From positions 50,946 through 114,945 of the IMG/VR virus record IMGVR_UViG_2940244548_000002: a stretch of 64,000 nt of DNA; one strand, given 5' to 3'. The first letter of the stretch is position 1, and each line of letters opens with the position of its first letter. Below are positions 1-8,084 of the stretch, piece by piece. Both the position numbers and the translations under genes were made by a program. This stretch comes from a virus (taxonomy: Duplodnaviria; Caudoviricetes). The notes under the pieces were generated by a model. The model saw only the letters and a program-made list of their open reading frames with translations. It did no database searches and was not told the DNA's origin.

Positions 1-2
1 CT

Positions 3-245
3 CCTATCCCATACGATGCTGGAGATCATATAAGCTACAAGTATCATAAAAAAGCGGATATGCAAGAGGTAAGGCGTGAAATCTCCCTACTGAAAGAGCA
101 ACTATCAAATGGTGATTATAAGATAGTGAAATGCTATGAGGCTAACCTACTTGGTGAGCAACTGCCTTATGATATGGCTAAACTTCATGCTGAGAGAGAT
201 GAGATAAGAAACCGAATAAATGAATTAGAAAAATTATTGCAATGA
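3..245 (+). CDS. Phage protein, 5'-truncated by window edge (possible tail-fibre chaperone)
   Basis: Frame of ORF 60..245 is open back to base 3; DYKIVKCYEA...LHAERDEIRNRINELE motif seen in tail-associated small proteins. Confidence 0.5.
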   Translation, partial: PIPYDAGDHISYKYHKKADMQEVRREISLLKEQLSNGDYKIVKCYEANLLGEQLPYDMAKLHAERDEIRNRINELEKLLQ

Positions 246-475
246 AATGGATGAAAGAAAGTAACCGAATGAAGCATTTTTTATATGCTATTCCCTGTAG
301 TTTGTTATTTACATTTTTCTTTTCGGCTGGGCTTGCTGCTGGAATGGAATTTAAAGACAAAACCTGGGGAGGTAAATGGGATTGGTTGGATCTGACTGCT
401 ACCTTAATGGGAGGCTTGGTAGGTCAAATCATACAGATATTGCTTATCTTAATGATTAAGCATCTATGTTTTTAA
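242..475 (+). CDS. Small membrane protein
   Basis: Hydrophobic; EFKDK..GGKWDWLDL motif resembles 31818..32078 (EIRDK..GRFDWLDL). Confidence 0.6.
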   Translation: MKWMKESNRMKHFLYAIPCSLLFTFFFSAGLAAGMEFKDKTWGGKWDWLDLTATLMGGLVGQIIQILLILMIKHLCF

Positions 476-509
476 ATAAAAGTGTGTTTGTCAGACACAT
501 TAAATAGTT

Positions 510-517
510 ATCTTTGC
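510..517 (+). promoter_or_regulatory. Bacteroidota sigma-70 -7 box (TATCTTTG) upstream of the DGR1 target gene
   Basis: Matches TAnnTTTG; preceded by GTGTG-N9-CACAT at 482-500. Confidence 0.55.
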
Positions 518-571
518 AGTATTAACTTAGTGAATATAATATGATTTCGTTAAATATAAACAGTTACAGTT

Positions 572-1924
572 ATGGGATTACTTTTAGGAAGTGGCTCAAC
601 TAAGCCACAATACCCCTATGATATGTGGTATGGCGTACAAGGGGATTTTACCAGCAGGGATTATAAACTTACTCGTGTTGGTAATTTGGATTTACATAAG
701 ACTTTGCCCATTCAAAAGAAAATCAAGCGGTTTGTAGAAAACCCTGATGGTTCGGTAAAGTATTATTTGCATCAAAACGATAGCCGTAAAAAGGAGAGTG
801 GAGCTGCTGCTATCCTTGATAGTACGGATGGAAATGTAATGCTTGAAAAGCCTGAGTATTATTTCCGCTTGGAGATTGATGGAACAAAATGGCTACGTGC
901 GTGGTCTGAGTATCCGCTGCCTGGCTTTACTAAGATGGAAAGAAAATCTATTTCTCCATGGTATGCAACTATTGATATAACAAACAGCGTTGCTGTTTCT
1001 GGTTGCTGGCTTACATGGGCTGGGGATAATATCGCTCGTGATGCAAATGGCATTGTGATATTGACAGCTAACGCTGCTCAATTCAGAGGTGGATCTGGAG
1101 CTGGTGATGCTGCCAAAGATGGCACATATAATTCTCAGCTTGGTATGGCACGAACATCTATCTCTAAGGCTGGAGTTCGTCCGTTGTGCAAAAATGGTAC
1201 TCATCATGGAGCTTACAGAGCTTACAATGAGTTAGCCTGGTTACAGCGGTGTGAATATGCCTCTCTCCATTGCCAGGACACATATAATGAAACTCTCACT
1301 TCTGAGGGCTACAAACAGGGTGGTTTAGGATCTGGCAGTGTTGTGGCTGGAGGAGAATGGAATACATGGGGAGCTTATAAGCCTTTTGTTCCTTGTGGTA
1401 CAACTGCTACACTCGGAAACAACACAGGTAAGGTAGCCTACACTATCAAAGGATGGACTGGTGGAGATAAAACCGTTCAGGTAACATCATACAGAGGCTT
1501 GGAGGTTCCATTTGAGTATTTGTATATGTTGGCTGATGATGTACTTATTTATCATGGAGCGGATAGATCAACGGCTTATGTGTGTGAGGATCCATCCAAA
1601 TTTACATCACACTCTGATAGTTCTACAGCAGTTCCTGTAGGATATGATCCTATCTCCGATCTGCCACGAACAAATGGTTATATCCTCCAGCTTACACATT
1701 CAGCTAAAACATACTCATTCCCTGAGACTGTTGGAGGTGCTGCTAATGCTGGAGGATGTGATTACTATTATCAACCTGTTACTGATGGTGGTTCAGGCTG
1801 GTATGGTGCCCTGTTGTCTGCTAATGCGTCTTCTGGGGCGAGTGCTGGGTTCGGTTTCCTGAACACGCTTAATCGCTCCTCGTACTCGTATGCGTACGTC
1901 GGGTTCCGCTTGTGCCGTTTTTAA
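572..1924 (+). CDS. DGR1 target: tail adhesin / receptor-binding protein with C-terminal CLec-type variable region
   Basis: C-terminus ...YVGFRLCRF encoded by VR1; homologous along its length to 59177..60580. Confidence 0.85.
   Translation: MGLLLGSGSTKPQYPYDMWYGVQGDFTSRDYKLTRVGNLDLHKTLPIQKKIKRFVENPDGSVKYYLHQNDSRKKESGAAAILDSTDGNVMLEKPEYYFRLEIDGTKWLRAWSEYPLPGFTKMERKSISPWYATIDITNSVAVSGCWLTWAGDNIARDANGIVILTANAAQFRGGSGAGDAAKDGTYNSQLGMARTSISKAGVRPLCKNGTHHGAYRAYNELAWLQRCEYASLHCQDTYNETLTSEGYKQGGLGSGSVVAGGEWNTWGAYKPFVPCGTTATLGNNTGKVAYTIKGWTGGDKTVQVTSYRGLEVPFEYLYMLADDVLIYHGADRSTAYVCEDPSKFTSHSDSSTAVPVGYDPISDLPRTNGYILQLTHSAKTYSFPETVGGAANAGGCDYYYQPVTDGGSGWYGALLSANASSGASAGFGFLNTLNRSSYSYAYVGFRLCRF
1803..1919 (+). 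repeat. DGR1 variable repeat (VR1)
   Basis: 117-nt ungapped match to 1990-2106; 13 of 15 mismatches are at TR adenines, the 2 others lie at the 3' (IMH) end. Confidence 0.95.
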
Positions 1925-1989
1925 CGGGGGCACGGACGGCACTGCAAAAACGATAATTGAAATAATGAAAATAAAAGGTTGCAACGGTC

Positions 1990-2106
1990 ATGGTGCCCTG
2001 TTGTCTGCTAATGCGAATAATGGGGCGAATGCTGGGTTCGGTATCCTGAACACGAATAATCGCTCCTCGAACTCGAATGCGAACATTGGGTTCCGCTTTT
2101 ACCGTT
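1990..2106 (+). ncRNA. DGR1 template repeat (TR1)
   Basis: 10 in-frame AAY codons; lies between VR1 and the RT gene. Confidence 0.95.
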
Positions 2107-2250
2107 ACAGGTTTTCCTTGAAAAAGAAAAGAAAATCAGACCGTTGTAACCATGCCTCACAGAGACTACTTGTAGTCGGCAAAATAATATGAATTAGATC
2201 GGTGTGAGTAAGGAATTGAAAGCTCTGATATAAACCAACGGCACATTTAT

Positions 2251-3315
2251 ATGGATGAGTTGTATTTTAAAGATAGTAAACGATTAAAGAATATTTATCC
2301 ATTAGTTTATGAAACATCTAATTTGGTAAGATCACAGTATAATGCACAAAAAGGAAAGGGCGTAAGAAAGGAAATAACCCGATTCAATAGCAATATCTGT
2401 GAAAACTTAGCCCACATATATGATATATTGGAAACTGAGAGCTACATACCTGGTGATTATCGTGTTAAAATCATCCAGGATCCCAAAGAGAGAACAATAA
2501 TGATAGCTCCGTTTTTCCCTGATCGGATCATTCACCATTGTATCATAAATGTTTTAGGCAATGTTTGGACTAAAGTTTTTATCCCTCAAACATACGCTTG
2601 TATCAAGGGGCGTGGAACCCATAAGTGTATGGAGGATATTCACAAAGCTCTGATAAGAGATAAGAAAGGTACTAAATACTGCCTAAAGATTGACATAAAG
2701 AAATTTTACGATAATGTAGATCACTCAGTTCTTAAAAAGATCATCCGCTATAGAATAGCTGATGAACAAATGCTGAGGCTGTTGGACAAAGTTATAGATA
2801 GTAACGGTAGCGATAAGGGATTGCCTATAGGCAATTTTACAAGCCAGTACCTGGCTAATTTGTATTTAGCATACTTCGATCACTGGATCAAAGAGAATCT
2901 AAGGGTAAAGTATTATTTCAGGTACATGGATGATATTGTTATTCTGCACCAAAGCAAAGAGTTCCTACATGAACTACTTGATAAGATGGGGCTTTACCTT
3001 GGTGCTGAGTTAAAACTGGAGATAAAACAAAACTGGCAGATTTTCCCAGTTGATTCTCGTGGAATTGATTATGTAGGATTCAAACAAAACCATTACGGAA
3101 TCCTACTAAGAAAAGGGATTTTAACAAGATTCTACAAGAAATACAACCGTGTGAGGAAACAGTATAACATCTCCGATGAGACAGTAATTAAACACCTCTT
3201 TCCGTCTGAATATGGCTGGATAATCAGATGCTCTGAGGAACATAGTAAATTCATAATTAAAAATTGTATCGACAATGGAAAAGCAAAATGTATTAACTAT
3301 CGGGCTGCTGGCTGA
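2251..3315 (+). CDS. DGR reverse transcriptase (RT1)
   Basis: GLPIGNFTSQYLAN (DGR-type SQ motif), YFRYMDD catalytic motif, 354 aa, next to TR/VR. Confidence 0.95.
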   Translation: MDELYFKDSKRLKNIYPLVYETSNLVRSQYNAQKGKGVRKEITRFNSNICENLAHIYDILETESYIPGDYRVKIIQDPKERTIMIAPFFPDRIIHHCIINVLGNVWTKVFIPQTYACIKGRGTHKCMEDIHKALIRDKKGTKYCLKIDIKKFYDNVDHSVLKKIIRYRIADEQMLRLLDKVIDSNGSDKGLPIGNFTSQYLANLYLAYFDHWIKENLRVKYYFRYMDDIVILHQSKEFLHELLDKMGLYLGAELKLEIKQNWQIFPVDSRGIDYVGFKQNHYGILLRKGILTRFYKKYNRVRKQYNISDETVIKHLFPSEYGWIIRCSEEHSKFIIKNCIDNGKAKCINYRAAG

Positions 3316-3709
3316 TGAAAAGCCTGAGGTGTTCTTTGACTTATATAATGGGCAGGGAACTATTCTATATAACCATAACATTAAAGAGGTTCTGGTTATC
3401 AAGGATGAGGATGGAGGAACAGTAATAACAACTGACAGCAAGAAATCAAACGGTAAGATGTTTCAGTATGATAGTGTTCGGGTGGACTATCCGAAAACTG
3501 GAGATAACATCTTTAGCACGTTGATCACTGCAAAATATCCACCAGCAACAGAAAGCAAATTGCTCAATGAGTATCAATCTGCTGTAATGGGATTGCTGGA
3601 CAAAAGCCGTAAAAAGCCGTATGAAAATTTCCTCAAAGATCGTTTAGCAATTCGTGAGCAGATTGAGGCTGATTGTGAAACCTCTAACATCCCTATGGAG
3701 CATGAATAA
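3275..3709 (+). CDS. Conserved RT-adjacent protein A
   Basis: Homolog of 61918..62307 (LYN.N, Y.S.RVDYP, E.KLLN.Y, ADC...NIP). Confidence 0.75.
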   Translation: MEKQNVLTIGLLADEKPEVFFDLYNGQGTILYNHNIKEVLVIKDEDGGTVITTDSKKSNGKMFQYDSVRVDYPKTGDNIFSTLITAKYPPATESKLLNEYQSAVMGLLDKSRKKPYENFLKDRLAIREQIEADCETSNIPMEHE

Positions 3710-4097
3710 TATAGTCGATTTTGAAGATGATCCTATTATTGGATCTGCTGATGGAGATGATTTGTTTGATTGTGAATATTCAAGTGTTGATGCACTGATA
3801 AATGAGGTTATTGTTTTTACAGGAGTAAAGACAGATGTTCAAACTGAAAATGGTTTGCGAACACTTGTAGCCTTTGGAGAGGGATCTGCACGCTCAGCAT
3901 TTTTCACAGAAAGCAAAAGATTAAAGGATGTTGTTTGTAATCCTGATCGGGTGTTTCCGTTTCGTGCTATAATTAAAGTGGTTCGATTCGGCAATAACAC
4001 AGGATTCAAATTCTTTTCTCCCAGCAGTCCTATCACTCAACAGGACAAAGAAAATTTCGATTATTATAAACGTAACAAATATAAAAGAAATAGATAA
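3702..4097 (+). CDS. Conserved RT-adjacent protein B
   Basis: Homolog of 62312..62725 (V.T.NG.R, AFFT.SK.L, FPF..IIKVV); ATG at 3702 chosen as start. Confidence 0.75.
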   Translation: MNNIVDFEDDPIIGSADGDDLFDCEYSSVDALINEVIVFTGVKTDVQTENGLRTLVAFGEGSARSAFFTESKRLKDVVCNPDRVFPFRAIIKVVRFGNNTGFKFFSPSSPITQQDKENFDYYKRNKYKRNR

Positions 4098-4576
4098 TGG
4101 GAGAGGTTTTTCAAGGTGCAGAAAATATGCTAATGATCGTTGTGTTAGCCTGTATTATTGTTTTTATAGCAATGTGTGTAGATCTTGTTAGTGGTTTGCA
4201 TAAGGCTAAGCAACGCAAAGAGATCCGTAGCAGTTACGGATTAAAGCGATCTCTAAGTAAGTTTATCATGTATGAGGGCGGTATGCTAATAGCTTGTGGA
4301 GTAGATATATTGATCCACGTTTGCAAGCTGTTAAAGGTATTCCATTTGGATATTATCTATGGGATCCCGATTATCACCTGTTTACTTGGTATCTTTTTAC
4401 TGGTGGTAGAGTTTGTGAGTGTGCGAGAAAAAGCAGACGATAAAACAAAAACAGAAATTTCCAGGGTGGAGCAATTAGCAGCTAAAATGGTTAATAAGGA
4501 TGAGCTGGTAGGTGCTCTTACTCAGGCGATAATCAACGCTGGCAAAGGAGGTAATAGTGATGAAAGTTCTGATTGA
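4097..4576 (+). CDS. Phage holin family protein
   Basis: Three hydrophobic segments, D..SG..KA...S.GL.R and E..SVREK motifs, directly before amidase. Confidence 0.8.
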   Translation: MGEVFQGAENMLMIVVLACIIVFIAMCVDLVSGLHKAKQRKEIRSSYGLKRSLSKFIMYEGGMLIACGVDILIHVCKLLKVFHLDIIYGIPIITCLLGIFLLVVEFVSVREKADDKTKTEISRVEQLAAKMVNKDELVGALTQAIINAGKGGNSDESSD

Positions 4577-5144
4577 CAACGGACACGGTGTAAATACACC
4601 TGGTAAACGCTCTCCAGATGGTTCTCTGAGAGAGTACCTGTATGCAAGAGAAATAGCTGATAGAGTGGTATCCGAGTTGAAAAACAGTGGTATTGATGCT
4701 GAGCGTATTGTTAAGGAGGATGTTGATATATCTATCTCTGAGCGGTGTAAACGTGCGAATGCCATTTACAAAGCAACAGGAAAGAAAGCTATACTGATCT
4801 CTGTTCACTGCAATGCTGCTGGAAATGGATCCAGCTGGATGAATGCACGAGGCTGGAGTGTTCATGTTTCAACCAACGCCTCCAAAAAGAGTAAGGAGCT
4901 GGCTACTTGCTTTGCTAATATCGCTATGAGTATGGGGTTAAAGGTTCGTAAACCATTACCGAATCAACCCTACTGGGTGCAAAACCTTGGTATTTGTCGT
5001 GATACGAATTGTCCAGCTATTTTAGTTGAGAATTTTTTTATGGATAACAAACAGGATTGTGAGTTTCTTCTTTCTCCAGAGGGTAGAGATCAGATCGTGG
5101 ATCTACACGTAAATGCAATCCTCAAATACATCAAAGGAGTATGA
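4560..5144 (+). CDS. N-acetylmuramoyl-L-alanine amidase (endolysin)
   Basis: IDNGHG, SVHCNA, PAILVENFFMDN Amidase_3 motifs. Confidence 0.93.
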   Translation: MKVLIDNGHGVNTPGKRSPDGSLREYLYAREIADRVVSELKNSGIDAERIVKEDVDISISERCKRANAIYKATGKKAILISVHCNAAGNGSSWMNARGWSVHVSTNASKKSKELATCFANIAMSMGLKVRKPLPNQPYWVQNLGICRDTNCPAILVENFFMDNKQDCEFLLSPEGRDQIVDLHVNAILKYIKGV

Positions 5145-5728
5145 ATAAATATCTAATTTCAGCAATAGCTGTATTATTTCTGGCTGTAGGGCTATTGTCC
5201 TGGCAGTTGGATAGAACGAAAACAGAGAAAAAGCGACTATCAAGCAATCAGGAGGCTTTGCTTTCTGATATTGAATTTTATAAAACAGAGGCTGGAGATA
5301 ATGCTGCATCAGTTCAACGGCTGGAGCTTTCAAAATCGGAGCTGGAAAAGCATTGTGAGGATCTTACCCAAACAGTAAAGGATCTCAATCTTAAAGTTAA
5401 GCGGATCCAGGCAGCATCCACTACTGTTACCAAAACAGAGTATAAGATTCAAACGGTTGTAAAGGATAGTATAATTTATCGTGATGTTCCTGTGATTGTT
5501 CAATCCATAGTGTATAAGGATCCTTGGATAGATATAGATGGGGTTATTGATAGCTCTATGTTCTCTGGTAACATTAGTACCAGAGATACCTTAGTTCAAG
5601 TGATTCACCGAGTGCCTAAAAAGTTTTGGTTTATAAAGTACGGAACAAAAGCAATAAAACAGGAGGTGGTGAGTAAGAATCCTCATAGTAATATTGTGTT
5701 CACTGAATACATCGAATTGAAAAAATAA
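5141..5728 (+). CDS. Spanin-like / lysis accessory protein
   Basis: N-terminal TM helix then coiled coil, following the endolysin. Confidence 0.6.
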   Translation: MNKYLISAIAVLFLAVGLLSWQLDRTKTEKKRLSSNQEALLSDIEFYKTEAGDNAASVQRLELSKSELEKHCEDLTQTVKDLNLKVKRIQAASTTVTKTEYKIQTVVKDSIIYRDVPVIVQSIVYKDPWIDIDGVIDSSMFSGNISTRDTLVQVIHRVPKKFWFIKYGTKAIKQEVVSKNPHSNIVFTEYIELKK

Positions 5729-5756
5729 TTTTTCTTCATATATTTTTGTAGATCGG

Positions 5757-5790
5757 AACTGTCTTAGCTGTGAAGCTGGGGCAGTTTTTA
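5757..5790 (+). terminator. Intrinsic terminator after lysis cassette
   Basis: AACTGTCTTAGCT-GTGA-AGCTGGGGCAGTT stem-loop then T run. Confidence 0.75.
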
Positions 5791-5957
5791 TATTTGCTAT
5801 TTTATTTGTAATTTTGCATTACCGATAATCAAAATCGGTGTTGCATTAGAGAGATCCCTTTTTGCTTTCGGGTATTGGGGATCTCCTATTTTTAGTAAAA
5901 GTTCTACAATAGTTCTACGAAAAATAGAAAATCAAATGTAACTTATTGAATATCAGA

Positions 5958-5980
5958 GATAGAATAGAAGTTTCCTAAAC
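5958..5980 (+). other. att-like core of prophage 1 (tRNA-Arg(CCT) D-arm/anticodon fragment)
   Basis: GATAGAATAGAAGTTTCCTAAAC resembles GATAGAATAAGAATTTCCTAAAT in the tRNA at 6069; GTTCTAC direct repeats at 5901-5918 resemble integrase arm sites. Confidence 0.65.
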
Positions 5981-6068
5981 ATGCGCAAAACTAAGAGGCT
6001 GTAAAAGTAGATAGATTTTTTGGAGAGGTAAAATTTAGCATTAAAATAAGATTTAAAAAATGGCGTAA

Positions 6069-6140
6069 GCCCCTGTAGTTCAACGGATAGAATAAGAATT
6101 TCCTAAATTTTAGATAGCAGTTCGATTCTGCTCGGGGGTA
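6069..6140 (+). tRNA. tRNA-Arg (anticodon CCT), probable attL of prophage 2
   Basis: Cloverleaf: GCCCCTG/CGGGGGT acceptor, AGAAT-TTCCTAA-ATTTT anticodon arm, AGCAG-TTCGATT-CTGCT T arm; directly upstream of integrase. Confidence 0.92.
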
Positions 6141-6143
6141 CAC

Positions 6144-6176
6144 AAAGAGAGCTAACTTTCAAAAGTTGGCTCTTTT
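6144..6176 (+). terminator. Terminator after tRNA
   Basis: AGAGCTAACTT-TCAA-AAGTTGGCTCT hairpin plus T run. Confidence 0.75.
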
Positions 6177-6217
6177 CGTTTCAGCACTTTTGTTGCTATA
6201 AACGTATTTTTGCTGGC

Positions 6218-6249
6218 AATTGTGGTTCAATTGTGGTTCGTGGTTCAAT
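6218..6249 (+). repeat. GTGGTTC direct repeats (x3), putative integrase arm-type sites
   Basis: AATTGTGGTTC AATTGTGGTTC GTGGTTCAAT between tRNA and integrase start. Confidence 0.55.
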
Positions 6250-6272
6250 CCGAGCCAAATAAAAGTAAAGGT

Positions 6273-7625
6273 ATGGCAACAACATTTAAGGCGGTGGTAT
6301 TCCAACACCATAAAAAACAAGATGGTACATATAACGTTAAAATCCGTGTTACCCATAATCGGCAAAGGCGGTTACTGGCAACAAACATTTTTGTTACTAA
6401 GGAGGATTTAACCAGAGGCTTAAAAATAAAATCCCAGAATATACTTGATAATACCAAAGCCATTATTGATGGCTATATGCGTATTACAGCTACCATTAGC
6501 ATACAGGTAGCTAAAGATATGAACGTAGATGATGTATTAAAATACATAGATACCTACCAAGCTAATAATAAGGTATTCAAGTTGGATTTTATCAGCTATG
6601 CCGAAAAAATAACTAAGGAGCTGGAGGATACAGGGCGCAAAGGGAATAGCTTAATGTATAAAACTGTAGCCAATAGCTTAAAATGCTTTTTGGGCTATGA
6701 TACAATTGATATTTCAGAGATAAATGTACAATTCTTAAATGACTACTGCCAGTGGTTAAAAACCAAGCCAGCACGCAAAAACAGACCAGATAAGGATACT
6801 GGCAGGCGTATGCCCTCCCTTTATTTATCCACAATCAGAGCTATACATAATAGGGCAAAATCAGAGTTTAACGATGAAGATGCTGGGATAATTAACATAC
6901 CATTATCACCTTTCAAAAAGTTCAAAATACCAGCAGTACCAGTAAGTAGAAAAAGAGCATTAACTAAGGAGCAATTTACAAAGCTAATCAGCCACCCATA
7001 CGAGTTGGTAATGTATAGAGGCTTTAATAGGATGAATTTGGCAAAAGATGTTTTTTTGTTATCATTCGGGCTAATGGGTATGAATGCAGTTGATTTATTT
7101 GAGTGTACAAATTATGAGGGTGGTTATTTAAACTATAACCGAACAAAAACCAAAAACAGGCGTGCGGATGCTGCACGTATGGTAGTAAAAGTGCATCCAG
7201 AGTTAATGCCATTATTTGAGAAATACAGAGATAAAAAAGGGAAAAGGGTATTCTGTTTTTACCAATATTATTCGGATGCAAATACATTTTCAGCTGCAAT
7301 AAATAAAGGGCTAAAAAAGATTGGCGAAAAAATAGGGATAGCTGATTTTGAATTTTATGCAGCACGACATACATGGGCAACTCTGGCAACTAATAAAGTC
7401 GGTATTGCAAAAGATTTGGTGCATGAGGCATTAAACCATGTAGATGATAAAATGCGCATAACCGACATTTATATAGAAAAAGACTGGAGGCGTATTGATG
7501 ATGCCAATAAACAAATGCTGGAATATGTTGGGTTTAGCAAGGTAAATATTAAGGAGGAGATATACCAACGGAAGTTTAATAAACACCTCCCAAAAAGAGA
7601 GCACCCTATTTTTTCAGAGGAGTAA
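6273..7625 (+). CDS. int: Tyrosine integrase (Bacteroidota type with arm-binding and SAM-like domains)
   Basis: N-terminal VKIRVTHNRQRR arm domain; YNRTKT, YAARHTWAT, ALNH and TDIY catalytic residues; ATG 6273. Confidence 0.93.
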   Translation: MATTFKAVVFQHHKKQDGTYNVKIRVTHNRQRRLLATNIFVTKEDLTRGLKIKSQNILDNTKAIIDGYMRITATISIQVAKDMNVDDVLKYIDTYQANNKVFKLDFISYAEKITKELEDTGRKGNSLMYKTVANSLKCFLGYDTIDISEINVQFLNDYCQWLKTKPARKNRPDKDTGRRMPSLYLSTIRAIHNRAKSEFNDEDAGIINIPLSPFKKFKIPAVPVSRKRALTKEQFTKLISHPYELVMYRGFNRMNLAKDVFLLSFGLMGMNAVDLFECTNYEGGYLNYNRTKTKNRRADAARMVVKVHPELMPLFEKYRDKKGKRVFCFYQYYSDANTFSAAINKGLKKIGEKIGIADFEFYAARHTWATLATNKVGIAKDLVHEALNHVDDKMRITDIYIEKDWRRIDDANKQMLEYVGFSKVNIKEEIYQRKFNKHLPKREHPIFSEE

Positions 7626-7881
7626 TATCCTTATTAAACATATTCCCTTTGCCAGTAAGTAGCCAAAGTGCATTTATATTAAATTCTTTAACCAGAGGTA
7701 CAAGCCAATAAAGTTGCAAGAGGTTTGCATCTAAATCTTTTTCTTGTTTGTAGAAATTCCTTTTATCAATATTAGCCAGAGTACAGTATGTTTGCCGACC
7801 TCTAATAACTCTGGATTCCATCAGCATTTTTATTGCTTCATAAAAACGCTTGGTTATCTCTACATTAATTGGATTTTGCAT
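7606..7881 (-). CDS. HTH-like DNA-binding protein
   Basis: NALWLLTGKGNM C-terminal motif typical of XRE-like proteins. Confidence 0.6.
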   Translation of the reverse strand: MQNPINVEITKRFYEAIKMLMESRVIRGRQTYCTLANIDKRNFYKQEKDLDANLLQLYWLVPLVKEFNINALWLLTGKGNMFNKDITPLKK

Positions 7882-8083
7882 AAGCTAAACGTTTAATTTG
7901 CATCAAATCTGATTTAAGTAACTCCAGTGCGCTGTATTCCTCATTATCCACTATTGCCTTATCAATGTGTTTTTCAATAGCCAGTATGGCACTGTTAAGC
8001 TCATCGGCTGACATAGAGCCAGTACTTACCCACTCCTCAATAGCCTTTTTAAGAGCATCTATAACTATTCTATTGCAGTCCAT
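7865..8083 (-). CDS. Hypothetical protein
   Basis: Coupled ORF in the repressor operon. Confidence 0.5.
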   Translation of the reverse strand: MDCNRIVIDALKKAIEEWVSTGSMSADELNSAILAIEKHIDKAIVDNEEYSALELLKSDLMQIKRLAYAKSN

Positions 8084-8084
8084 A

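Larger units (their letters stand above)
1..5980 (+). mobile_element. Prophage 1, right-hand end (tail adhesin, DGR1, lysis, att-like end)
   Basis: Gene order adhesin-TR-RT-two ORFs-holin-amidase-spanin-like, parallel to 59177-64000; ends in a tRNA-Arg-like core at 5958-5980. Confidence 0.85.

Noticed and set aside
1890-2192. 100-aa ORF overlapping VR1 and TR1
   Set aside because: Mostly the template repeat read in frame; not accepted as a protein gene, only noted as a low-interest finding
2251-3315. RTs as group II intron, retron or Abi RTs
   Set aside because: Short length, SQ motif, no maturase or endonuclease domain, and adjacent A-specific TR/VR pairs identify DGR RTs; the flanking inverted repeat is only retron-reminiscent
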